Below, in pieces: positions 52,953 to 60,503 of a stretch of DNA of 64,000 nt. The first letter of the stretch is position 1. Every line of letters starts with the position of its first letter. The notes beneath the pieces were generated by a model. The model had not been told where the DNA came from and made no database searches. It saw only the letters and a program-made list of their open reading frames with translations. The DNA is from a virus: positions 32,001 through 96,000 of the IMG/VR virus record IMGVR_UViG_3300042502_001732. One strand, written 5' to 3'. Position numbers and translations under genes: made by a program.

Positions 52953-53348
52953 ATGAAAAACAGAGATCAACTATTATTGACAAATATATATACAAGTTCT
53001 GTTTTGTCAGAAAGTATAACAGCAGCTGTTAAAAAAATTTCAATTGAAAACCTTTTACCAGATAAAGATAACATGGAAGTGGCTGTTGATTCTCTAAGAA
53101 AAGGCATGCGCAGTTCTGATAATAATCCTATATCGGTTTATAAAAATAAAAATAAATATATAGTAGCAGACGGACATCATCGCTTGTTGCAATCCATAAT
53201 CAACGGCGATGAATCCATCAACGCAAAAATCCTTCACTCAGACACACCAGTATCCACAACAGGAACAATCAAATTAGACTTATTCGACGGCGATTACTAT
53301 GGACTGGATTCATCTCTAGAAAACGGATGGTTAATAAAAAGACTATGA
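52953..53348 (+). CDS. ParB/Srx-like domain protein
   Basis: PISV...YIVADGHHRL. Confidence 0.7.
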   Translation: MKNRDQLLLTNIYTSSVLSESITAAVKKISIENLLPDKDNMEVAVDSLRKGMRSSDNNPISVYKNKNKYIVADGHHRLLQSIINGDESINAKILHSDTPVSTTGTIKLDLFDGDYYGLDSSLENGWLIKRL

Positions 53349-54199
53349 AAAACGAAGACAGATATTTTTTAGAAGAACTCTATACAGAAATGGCATTGTC
53401 CAATCTACAAACGATTGGCAAATGGCAAGACGATAAAAATAGACACGGATATGACAAAGCATCAGTAGGAATACTATCATCTCCCGCAGGATTAAAAAAA
53501 TTAGAAGACACATTCAACAAAATAGGAGGATGGGACTTTAATCTATATTTCGTAAAATTACCAAACGCATGGAAACAAAGCGAAATGGGACTGGTTGATA
53601 TCAACAACCTACCACAATTAATCAAAGTCGAAGCGGGAAAAGATTTCCCCATGCCAACAGACAGCGAAATAACAATCATATTCACAAACAACGCAGCGGC
53701 AGAAAAAGTACCATTAACACCATGGACAATAGCACACAGAATAGGACATTCTTTCGCAGCAACATTCAGAAGAGGAAACGATAAATCTATACAACACTAT
53801 GATAACGAAATATCAAATATATTAAAAAAATTATTAATGTGTTATAATATAAAACCAGAAGGAAATCTGTTATACTCCCAAGCTTATTATATAAGAGATC
53901 TATTTCAAAAAATAGGAAAGTTCCGTAGTGCTAGAATGGGTAAATTAAATCGCCCAGCAGAATTCTATCACGAAGCGTTCTCGTATTGGTTATTACACGA
54001 TGGAGAACTAAACTTCAATGATCCCCCACAATCACTGATAGACAGCAACAAACAAGCATGGGGAACACCAGTGGGTATGAATTATAGATTACAAGATGCA
54101 GAAACAGCAGAAGACTTATTATATCAATTAAAATATGAATTAGAAGAGAAATTCAATTATATGATAGGAAGACACATCGGCACAACGTCGATTATGTGA
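53345..54199 (+). CDS. hypothetical protein
   Basis: TPWTIAHRIGH motif; start overlaps upstream stop. Confidence 0.6.
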   Translation: MKNEDRYFLEELYTEMALSNLQTIGKWQDDKNRHGYDKASVGILSSPAGLKKLEDTFNKIGGWDFNLYFVKLPNAWKQSEMGLVDINNLPQLIKVEAGKDFPMPTDSEITIIFTNNAAAEKVPLTPWTIAHRIGHSFAATFRRGNDKSIQHYDNEISNILKKLLMCYNIKPEGNLLYSQAYYIRDLFQKIGKFRSARMGKLNRPAEFYHEAFSYWLLHDGELNFNDPPQSLIDSNKQAWGTPVGMNYRLQDAETAEDLLYQLKYELEEKFNYMIGRHIGTTSIM

Positions 54200-54203
54200 T
54201 CGG

Positions 54204-54404
54204 GCCTTATACAAAAAACCTATAAAAATATAAAAAAAAATATTTTAATAAAAATTGGCCTTATATAAAAACCTACAAAAAATACAAAAAATATTTTATA
54301 TAGTAAAAAAGCCTTATAGTAAAACTTACAAAAAATACAAAAAATATTTTAATAGTAAAAAAGCCTTATATAAAAAACTTACAAAAAATACAAAAAATAT
54401 TTTT
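54204..54404. repeat. 4 x 52-54 bp AT-rich tandem repeat
   Basis: GCCTTATA...AAAAC(C/T)TA(C/T)AAAAA..A.AAAAAATATTTT units starting 54204, 54258, 54311, 54363. Confidence 0.9.
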
Positions 54405-54421
54405 CCATGGCCCCCCCTTTC

Positions 54422-54470
54422 AAAAAAAACCTACCAGCGTGTAGAAGCAAATTCTAACACGCTGGTAGGT
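54422..54470 (-). terminator. strong terminator ending the minus-strand array
   Basis: ACCTACCAGCGTGT/ACACGCTGGTAGGT 14-bp stem, T-tract on minus strand. Confidence 0.85.
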
Positions 54471-54501
54471 ATGGTTGTATGTTATTCTAGTTTCTTACTA
54501 C

Positions 54502-54729
54502 TCAGTAGTCAGCTAACTCACCGAATTCCTCTTCGACGAACTCTCGTGCGAACTCTCTGGCAGCGTCAGTGACTTCAGCAGCTAGGTCATAGCCGTTGTC
54601 GATCATCTCTTCGATCTCGTCGATGTAGTCGCAAAGTGATGCCGTGTCTGGCAGGTCTGATAGACTCATCATGGTGATGGCTTCGACTTCACGATTGATA
54701 ATGTTGATTGCTTTTTGTCTGTTTGTCAT
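54502..54729 (-). CDS. small acidic hypothetical protein
   Basis: 75 aa, flanked by motif copies. Confidence 0.7.
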   Translation of the reverse strand: MTNRQKAINIINREVEAITMMSLSDLPDTASLCDYIDEIEEMIDNGYDLAAEVTDAAREFAREFVEEEFGELADY

Positions 54730-54812
54730 GGCAAGGTTATGATAATCTAGTTTTTAACTGGTGATTGGCAAGCAGGAGACGATCAATCTCCCACTTGCCT
54801 TTACCATGCTAC

Positions 54813-54890
54813 CTATTGAAACATTTGAATGACTACAACCATCCAGATGGCAAGGTTGAGTCCAATGACGATACCGAGTAATTCTTTCAT
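54813..54890 (-). CDS. 25-aa single-TM micro-peptide
   Basis: Hand translation MKELLGIVIGLNLAIWMVVVIQMFQ. Confidence 0.45.
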   Translation of the reverse strand: MKELLGIVIGLNLAIWMVVVIQMFQ

Positions 54891-54997
54891 GATGTTAAGA
54901 TATGTTGTCGCCCCCTCAACTTTCTACTGCGTTGCTACGGGATCTTGTGAGTAGGGGAAACCACCCCAGGGCGACAAAAGGATTATGTTCTAGTTTT

Positions 54998-55198
54998 TTA
55001 CTGGTGGCCAGAGTAGTTTACTGGTTCGTCAGAGTCAACCTTGACGCACCAGCACTTCTTGGCTGTTTTCTTCTGGTAGTCAGTCCATGGCTTTGGGCCA
55101 AAGGCAGCTTCCCAAGCTGCCTTTTCTGTTGGGCCATCGCCCAGATTGCAATGTCGAAGGCAATTGATGCCCGATTGTCCTTTGATGATGTATTTCAT
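54998..55198 (-). CDS. hypothetical protein
   Basis: 66 aa; motif upstream; stop lies in next motif. Confidence 0.7.
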   Translation of the reverse strand: MKYIIKGQSGINCLRHCNLGDGPTEKAAWEAAFGPKPWTDYQKKTAKKCWCVKVDSDEPVNYSGHQ

Positions 55199-55223
55199 GG
55201 CGAAACTATTATGATCTAGTTTT

Positions 55224-55445
55224 TTACTGGTTGACTTTAGCTTCCCAGTTGAAAATGTCGGCTTGACTGATCTTGATGCCGTGCTTGTAAAACAAGTGGG
55301 ACAACGCGAGTCGGCTCATGCCTTTCTTGCGGCACACTCTGATTGCCTTTCGATAAGGCTCACAGCGCTTCACAAAGGGAGCGGTGCGGCGTGGCATCGG
55401 AGTGTTGATGATTTGATTTGAGATGTGTGCGGATGATAGTTTCAT
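55224..55445 (-). CDS. small basic protein, possible HTH
   Basis: 73 aa; KKGMS..ALS..F..HGIKISQADI.NW. Confidence 0.6.
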   Translation of the reverse strand: MKLSSAHISNQIINTPMPRRTAPFVKRCEPYRKAIRVCRKKGMSRLALSHLFYKHGIKISQADIFNWEAKVNQ

Positions 55446-55484
55446 AGTAGTGGTGTGGTATTGGAATGATATTCTAGTTTTTTA

Positions 55485-55694
55485 TTAGTTAAATCGGCAA
55501 ACCTCTTCAAAAATTCCTTCGTTGTTTTGGACATAAAAGGAACAATCGAGCATTTCCATTTCGTCGTCCACTTCGTCTTCCATTGGAGGGCCAAACTCAA
55601 TCACATCGCAAATTGGAGTGAAGTGAAGCTCCTTGTGCTTGTCGATGTAGCAAAGGAACAAATTGTCTACTGTGTAATCTTCTAGTGTATTCAT
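55485..55694 (-). CDS. acidic hypothetical protein
   Basis: ATG 55694 (MNTLEDY) right after motif at 55712. Confidence 0.65.
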   Translation of the reverse strand: MNTLEDYTVDNLFLCYIDKHKELHFTPICDVIEFGPPMEDEVDDEMEMLDCSFYVQNNEGIFEEVCRFN

Positions 55695-55719
55695 GGTATT
55701 GGAATGATATTCTAGTTTT

Positions 55720-55923
55720 TTAATACTCCCATTCTGGCTCGTATCCATCAGCGAAACGATCTTCGTATGCCGCATCGAGCCATGCGTCTTCGTTGCCCTC
55801 GTTGGTGAGGTCATAGGGAAGCAGGTCGTCTTGCAGATTGTAATGGGGATCATACAATGCTTCATCGCCGTATTCTTCAACAAAGACATTGTATGGGATG
55901 GTATCGGGTTCAATAGTATTCAT
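55720..55923 (-). CDS. acidic hypothetical protein
   Basis: 67 aa between two motif copies. Confidence 0.7.
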   Translation of the reverse strand: MNTIEPDTIPYNVFVEEYGDEALYDPHYNLQDDLLPYDLTNEGNEDAWLDAAYEDRFADGYEPEWEY

Positions 55924-55952
55924 GGTAGTGTTAGGATAATTTAGTTTCTTAC

Positions 55953-56095
55953 TGGTGATCCTTTAGGCGGATCAATCCATCGCTTTTCTGGCAAGCCGAT
56001 TGCCACGCACCGCCACGCTCTCCGTTGCGGCTTTTCTCTTGTGCCTATTTGATCGGTCGGCTTCCGTGTTCCTACTATGCGGGAACCTAACGCAA
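55953..56095 (-). ncRNA. candidate structured small RNA
   Basis: GC-rich unit with no credible minus-strand ORF between motifs; stems GTTCC/GGAAC, AAGCCGA/TCGGCTT, TGATCC/GGATCA. Confidence 0.4.
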
Positions 56096-56122
56096 ATTCA
56101 TCATAACCTAGTTTTTAACTGG

Positions 56123-56242
56123 TCAGATTTCGATGATGTCATCGTCATCGGCATAGGGATAAATCCCAGTATCGGGATCGTAAAGATCACCGAAAACGAT
56201 TTGCAATTCCAAGGTATCAAGTAGGGCGAGTAGGTCAATCAT
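56123..56242 (-). CDS. 39-aa acidic peptide
   Basis: MIDLLALLDTLELQIVFGDLYDPDTGIYPYADDDDIIEI; ATG 9 nt after TATGAT of motif. Confidence 0.55.
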   Translation of the reverse strand: MIDLLALLDTLELQIVFGDLYDPDTGIYPYADDDDIIEI

Positions 56243-56286
56243 GGCAGGGTCATCATAACCTAGTTTTTAACTAGTGGATTTGAGAT

Positions 56287-56321
56287 AAAAAAAGGGGAGA
56301 GTGAAAAATCACTCTCCCCTT
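56287..56321 (-). terminator. intrinsic terminator
   Basis: AAGGGGAGAGTGA/TCACTCTCCCCTT stem, T-tract on minus strand. Confidence 0.85.
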
Positions 56322-56329
56322 GTGGATTG

Positions 56330-56605
56330 TTATGCGTTGGCTTTTGCCGCTTCCATTTCCGCGATCATCGCCTTGAGGCGTTCGATCTTGGCCGCAGTTT
56401 TGGTTTCAGCGCGTCCGTTGTGGATTGCCTTGGACTCGACCTCAAAAAGGTCAACGCCATCGGGAGTGAAGCGGTGGGACATTGCCACTTCGACAATGAC
56501 GCGCAATGCTTCGCCGTCATTCTTCAACTCAAATTCCTCTTTCAAGGATTGGATGAAGTCTTTGTCGCGGAGGGTGGGAACGATAGGATGCTGTTTATTT
56601 TTCAT
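56330..56605 (-). CDS. hypothetical protein
   Basis: 91 aa between motif and terminator. Confidence 0.75.
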   Translation of the reverse strand: MKNKQHPIVPTLRDKDFIQSLKEEFELKNDGEALRVIVEVAMSHRFTPDGVDLFEVESKAIHNGRAETKTAAKIERLKAMIAEMEAAKANA

Positions 56606-56722
56606 AGCAAGGTCAGTGTATTCTAGTTTCTAACTGGTCTCAACCTTTCAGGCAGGTATCATTCCATCAATCTTCTTGGCGATTGATTGCCGTTTGGTGC
56701 TGGCATCATCATAACCTAGTTT

Positions 56723-56800
56723 CTAATTAGTCATTGCAAATTCATCAATGAATGTTTCGAGAATGTCACTAGGTGCTTCAATGCTTATTGCGATAATCAT
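56723..56800 (-). CDS. 25-aa micro-ORF
   Basis: MIIAISIEAPSDILETFIDEFAMTN; ATG 8 nt after TAAAAT, stop inside next motif. Confidence 0.4.
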   Translation of the reverse strand: MIIAISIEAPSDILETFIDEFAMTN

Positions 56801-56892
56801 GCGGTTAAATTTTATTTTAGTTTTTTATTAGTCTGGTGTATTTTTTAACTTATTATGAATAGATTGTTATGGTTAAGATTCCAGATTGGAAT

Positions 56893-56943
56893 AAAAAGAT
56901 TCCGCTGGAGGATAATAATAACACAAAATTATCCTCCAGCGGA
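56893..56943 (-). terminator. 16-bp perfect hairpin, probable terminator
   Basis: TCCGCTGGAGGATAAT/ATTATCCTCCAGCGGA. Confidence 0.65.
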
Positions 56944-56991
56944 TTTTACCACGATACTACACCTATAAAAAATTATATGATTTTAGGGAAA

Positions 56992-57216
56992 TTAGTCACA
57001 AAACAATCCCTTGCGTATCTTTCTTTTGCGATTCTTTGAAGGGGTATTTGCACAAGGCTTGAGCAAGCGCATAGGATTTTTGGATTTGACTGCTGTTAAA
57101 ATCCCGTGGATGAAGTATCCAAGGATTAGAATTGTTGTGAATCCAATTGAAAACCACACATAAAATGTGATGAATGTTTCGATTGTGAAGAATGATGTTG
57201 TTAGATATTCAATCAT
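56992..57216 (-). CDS. small membrane protein
   Basis: Hydrophobic N-half, basic tail; consensus promoter upstream. Confidence 0.65.
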   Translation of the reverse strand: MIEYLTTSFFTIETFITFYVWFSIGFTTILILGYFIHGILTAVKSKNPMRLLKPCANTPSKNRKRKIRKGLFCD

Positions 57217-57222
57217 AATTTG

Positions 57223-57250
57223 ATTATATAATAAAGTTATTGATTGTCAA
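57223..57250 (-). promoter_or_regulatory. consensus sigma70 promoter
   Basis: TTGACA-16 nt-TATAAT ending 6 nt before ATG 57216. Confidence 0.75.
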
Positions 57251-57614
57251 GAGAGTTGCATTGGTAGCCAAGGAATTAGTTATATGAAACGAACGCAAGA
57301 GATTTTCCTTGGCTACCTTTGCAAAATTATCGTATACCAGCAAGCGCATCAGCCACTATGCGTTTTATCAGACTTAATAATGTATGTAGAACTCACAAAG
57401 TTGTGATGACAAACTGATTATATTATCATCGCAACTTTATAAACATCATTTTATCATTTACCAGATGAGATTACTTCGTGTGTTTTGGGATTGATCATTC
57501 TCACCAGATAGTCAATGATGAATTGAGTTGAGTCTTCTCCTATTGGATGGCTACCTAGTTGGTTGCCCATGCGATAAGTTAGATAGTTTTCGTGGATGGT
57601 AAAGACTAGATGGT

Positions 57615-57920
57615 TCATTGTTTGGAATGTTTGATGTGAAAAGCCACAAAGTCTTCTGCGAGATTATCAATTAGTTCTTCAACAAAAGCACTGGCATCAT
57701 CCATTGGGTGAAGTTCAAACTTTGAAACCGCATCCCAAACTTCGATTTGCTTTTGATCTTCCTGCTGTTCTGATGTGCTGTATTCATCAGCGAGCAAAGC
57801 GAGAGAGAGTCTTTCAGCACTCCAATCTTTGGGCCATTTGGAAAGGAAATGACCTGCGGCGATTAGGTATGCTTCGGCGTGGAGGGGATTGTTAGTGTCG
57901 AGGAGGATGTAGTCTTGCAT
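57615..57920 (-). CDS. hypothetical protein
   Basis: 101 aa in minus-strand operon. Confidence 0.7.
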   Translation of the reverse strand: MQDYILLDTNNPLHAEAYLIAAGHFLSKWPKDWSAERLSLALLADEYSTSEQQEDQKQIEVWDAVSKFELHPMDDASAFVEELIDNLAEDFVAFHIKHSKQ

Positions 57921-57929
57921 GGCGTGAGG

Positions 57930-58148
57930 TTAGTTGTTTTGGGATTGCTTGTCAACAAGTTCTTTCGCGATTTCTTCTTTGAGGTCTTCCAGTAGATCAA
58001 TGAAGTCAGAGAGTTCATCGTCCATAAGAAACATAGGAAGAATGCGGTCAATGATTGGTTCAGCAGGAAGCTCCCTTGTCAATTCGTAGTAACGCTTGAG
58101 TTTACAAGTATCGTGTGCGAACTCACCGATTTGTTTGATTGGTTGCAT
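57930..58148 (-). CDS. hypothetical protein
   Basis: 72 aa. Confidence 0.7.
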   Translation of the reverse strand: MQPIKQIGEFAHDTCKLKRYYELTRELPAEPIIDRILPMFLMDDELSDFIDLLEDLKEEIAKELVDKQSQNN

Positions 58149-58150
58149 GG

Positions 58151-58312
58151 TTATTGTTCGATGAGGTTATTTTGTTTACAAAACTCGGCAATTACACCAT
58201 TCATCTCCGTAAGAAAGTCGGAGATCATGAGTTCCTTGTCGAATGAGACTTCGTTGCCTTCGATGCAATATAAAAGGTCAACTTGGATTGTGGGTGGATT
58301 GATTGGTTGCAT
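58151..58312 (-). CDS. 53-aa hypothetical protein
   Basis: Hand translation MQPINPPTIQVDLLYC...NNLIEQ fills the gap in the operon. Confidence 0.6.
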   Translation of the reverse strand: MQPINPPTIQVDLLYCIEGNEVSFDKELMISDFLTEMNGVIAEFCKQNNLIEQ

Positions 58313-58317
58313 GGTGA

Positions 58318-58482
58318 TTAGTCGTCAGCGTGGTGAGTTTCCATTAGTTCAGCAAGATAGCCGCGAATTTCATCAGCGGTTTCGCTTTCTCCTCCAGAGT
58401 ATTCGTTAACAAGATCGAGAGCTTGATTGGCGATTTCCTCAAGGGCTTCAATTGTGTTTAGTAGTTTTTCGATTGTGGTCAT
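58318..58482 (-). CDS. 54-aa acidic helical protein
   Basis: MTTIEKLLNTIEALEE...HHADD; ATG 6 nt after TATACT. Confidence 0.65.
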   Translation of the reverse strand: MTTIEKLLNTIEALEEIANQALDLVNEYSGGESETADEIRGYLAELMETHHADD

Positions 58483-58520
58483 GTCAATAGTATAGTTTAG
58501 TTTCTTATTAGTGAAAGTGT

Positions 58521-58618
58521 GCTCCCCGCTAGGAGTCGAACCTAGGCTTCCAAGCTATCAGCAAAGCTATCCATGGTTTGCTTTGCTTTAGTGTTTGGTG
58601 TGCCAGCGCATCGGGGAG
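58521..58618 (-). ncRNA. non-canonical tRNA-like RNA
   Basis: Acceptor stem CTCCCCG/CGGGGAG; T-arm CTAGG-TTCGACT-CCTAG; 8-bp central stem; no encoded CCA. Confidence 0.6.
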
Positions 58619-58645
58619 GTGAGCTTATTGTAAGTTAGTTTTTTA

Positions 58646-59128
58646 TTAGACGCTGGCAGGAATTTCTTCGTCCTCGTCGTATTCGACAAAGTTAAAGTTT
58701 TCTTTTGCAAACTCCGTGACATCAGCATCATCGACTTGGTTGTCGTCAATTTGACCTTCGGAGATGATAGCAGTCCCAGCAAACCAGCAACCGCTCTCAA
58801 AGTAGTCCAGCGTGAATTGATCGTTTGGAAACATTTCAGACAAAGCGGCAATGGCTTGAAGTGGTGGACTCCAAGCAGTCATAAAGGTTGCTTGAAAGTC
58901 TGCGATCTCGGAGATGAGTTGGTCAGCAACTTCACGCTGCTCTTCTTCGCTCAAGTCCCATTTGGTTCCCCAGTTTTCAAGTCTCCAATCATACCATCCA
59001 TTGCCCTCAAGCAATTCGGGTGGCGTGGGTTTGATCTTCTCAAAAGAAAGACCATTTTCTTTTAGATAGCTTTCCAATTCTGGACTGCAATCCATGATCG
59101 ACAATTTGTTTTCGCACCAGTTAGGCAT
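58646..59128 (-). CDS. DUF1281/YubB ferredoxin-like protein
   Basis: MPNWCENKL, WYDWRLENWGTKWD, F.TAWSPP, Y.E.GC.FAG. Confidence 0.8.
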   Translation of the reverse strand: MPNWCENKLSIMDCSPELESYLKENGLSFEKIKPTPPELLEGNGWYDWRLENWGTKWDLSEEEQREVADQLISEIADFQATFMTAWSPPLQAIAALSEMFPNDQFTLDYFESGCWFAGTAIISEGQIDDNQVDDADVTEFAKENFNFVEYDEDEEIPASV

Positions 59129-59153
59129 AGTAGTAGTATAGTTTAGTTTCTTA

Positions 59154-59402
59154 TTAGTTGATCTTCATCAAAGAAAGAAGTTTCAATGTGATTGGCTTTT
59201 CAGCAACATGGAAGAAGAAACCATATTCCAAAACCTCAATGTCGCCATCGACTTCGGCAAGAGAAATATAGTCATCGCCGTGATTATCAGCAACGAATGG
59301 GCCTTCGTCATCATAGCCGATAAAGTAAAGCGTATCGTTTAGATCGACAGCATAAGCGTCACCAAGTTCTTCGTGTAGTTGTTCAAGTGTGGTTGTTTGC
59401 AT
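59154..59402 (-). CDS. acidic hypothetical protein
   Basis: 82 aa between motifs. Confidence 0.7.
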   Translation of the reverse strand: MQTTTLEQLHEELGDAYAVDLNDTLYFIGYDDEGPFVADNHGDDYISLAEVDGDIEVLEYGFFFHVAEKPITLKLLSLMKIN

Positions 59403-59537
59403 GTTGTTAGTAGTATAGTTTAGTTTCTTATTAGTGTATGGGAGTATCTCAAGTCTTCTTCGCTGTTGAAGGTGATGAAGTATTCAATTTCGGTCATATT
59501 AGGGTAGTTTGACATGGTATTAGTGGTGGTATTTGTA

Positions 59538-59717
59538 TTAGAGGAGATTGTGATCAATGTAGTCTTGAATGGATGGAATGCTTTCCATGTATTGCTGCAG
59601 ATCAGCAATAATATCATCTAGATTCTCGCGGTTGTGAGTGTGGGGGCAACCAAGGTTGTTGTTGACAAGCTTGAGGATTTGCTCTGCGATTTCTTCGTGG
59701 GTTGGGTAGTGTTTCAT
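59538..59717 (-). CDS. 59-aa hypothetical protein
   Basis: Hand translation MKHYPTHEEIAEQ...IDHNLL. Confidence 0.55.
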   Translation of the reverse strand: MKHYPTHEEIAEQILKLVNNNLGCPHTHNRENLDDIIADLQQYMESIPSIQDYIDHNLL

Positions 59718-59762
59718 ATTGTTGCTTATATGGCTTTAGTGTAGGTTAGGAGTTGGGGTTAG

Positions 59763-59951
59763 TCAAATTTTTTCTGCATCCAAGTCGATGCCGTCATAGT
59801 CAACCCAGAAAGATCCTTCGATGTAGGAGCTTTCTTTGGGCAAAGGTCTTTCATCTTGTTCCGCGAGTTCAATCGCATCTTGCAATGATTCAGCTTCAAT
59901 TTCCATGTATCCGTAAGATTCCCAGACACAGGGGATTTTGTATGTTTTCAT
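59763..59951 (-). CDS. hypothetical protein
   Basis: 62 aa; EIEAESLQDAIELA motif. Confidence 0.7.
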   Translation of the reverse strand: MKTYKIPCVWESYGYMEIEAESLQDAIELAEQDERPLPKESSYIEGSFWVDYDGIDLDAEKI

Positions 59952-59979
59952 GTTGTTAGTAGTATAGTTTAGTTTCTTA

Positions 59980-60120
59980 TTAGTCTACGAGAAACCTGCG
60001 CTTCCATTGTGATTCTTGCACTTGTTTATCAAGCCAAGATTGTTGTTGAAAGATGCGGATTCCATACACAGGTTTTTGTTTTGTAAAAAACAATGATATG
60101 ATTTGGTCGAGTAGCTTCAT
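59980..60120 (-). CDS. 46-aa hypothetical protein
   Basis: MKLLDQIISLFF...FLVD; ATG 6 nt after TATCAT, stop inside next motif. Confidence 0.55.
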   Translation of the reverse strand: MKLLDQIISLFFTKQKPVYGIRIFQQQSWLDKQVQESQWKRRFLVD

Positions 60121-60148
60121 GTTGTTATGATAGTTTAGTTTTTTATTA

Positions 60149-60499
60149 TTACCTTGCATTTAGAGCATACACAAGTCGGTTGTTAATAATGACACCATCG
60201 GCTTTGTCAATATACTTTGTTCCATCAAAGAATCTTTCTTTTAGATATGGATTGTATCCTACGATTTGGTATTGATGTTGAGTGGGATCAAGTTCATTGG
60301 TAGGTTCTCCAATAATAAATGCGTGGACATTTTTCCTCTTTTGTTGCAACACTCTTTGTCTTCCTGCTTCACTCACCTTGAATGAAACATTCTTGAGATG
60401 TATTGCATCAACATGACGCATGACTTTCCACACGCCATTGACTTTCTCTTGAACACTCAAGCGTTTTTTATGTAGATTGTAGTAGACGCGAACATTCAT
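60149..60499 (-). CDS. hypothetical phage protein
   Basis: VYYNLHK..SV, F.VSEAGRQRVL..KRKNVHAF, YNPY. Confidence 0.75.
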   Translation of the reverse strand: MNVRVYYNLHKKRLSVQEKVNGVWKVMRHVDAIHLKNVSFKVSEAGRQRVLQQKRKNVHAFIIGEPTNELDPTQHQYQIVGYNPYLKERFFDGTKYIDKADGVIINNRLVYALNAR

Positions 60500-60503
60500 A
60501 AGT

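Noticed and set aside
54204-54404. Mini-CRISPR array
   Set aside because: Units are near-identical along their full length, with no unique spacers.
55695-55913. N-terminal half of the tracked 142-aa ORF 55485..55913
   Set aside because: It overlaps ORF 55720..55923 and crosses a motif; the start at 55694 fits the local pattern.
58588-58851. 87-aa minus-strand ORF
   Set aside because: Alternate frame of the DUF1281-like gene, crossing a motif and the tRNA-like element.
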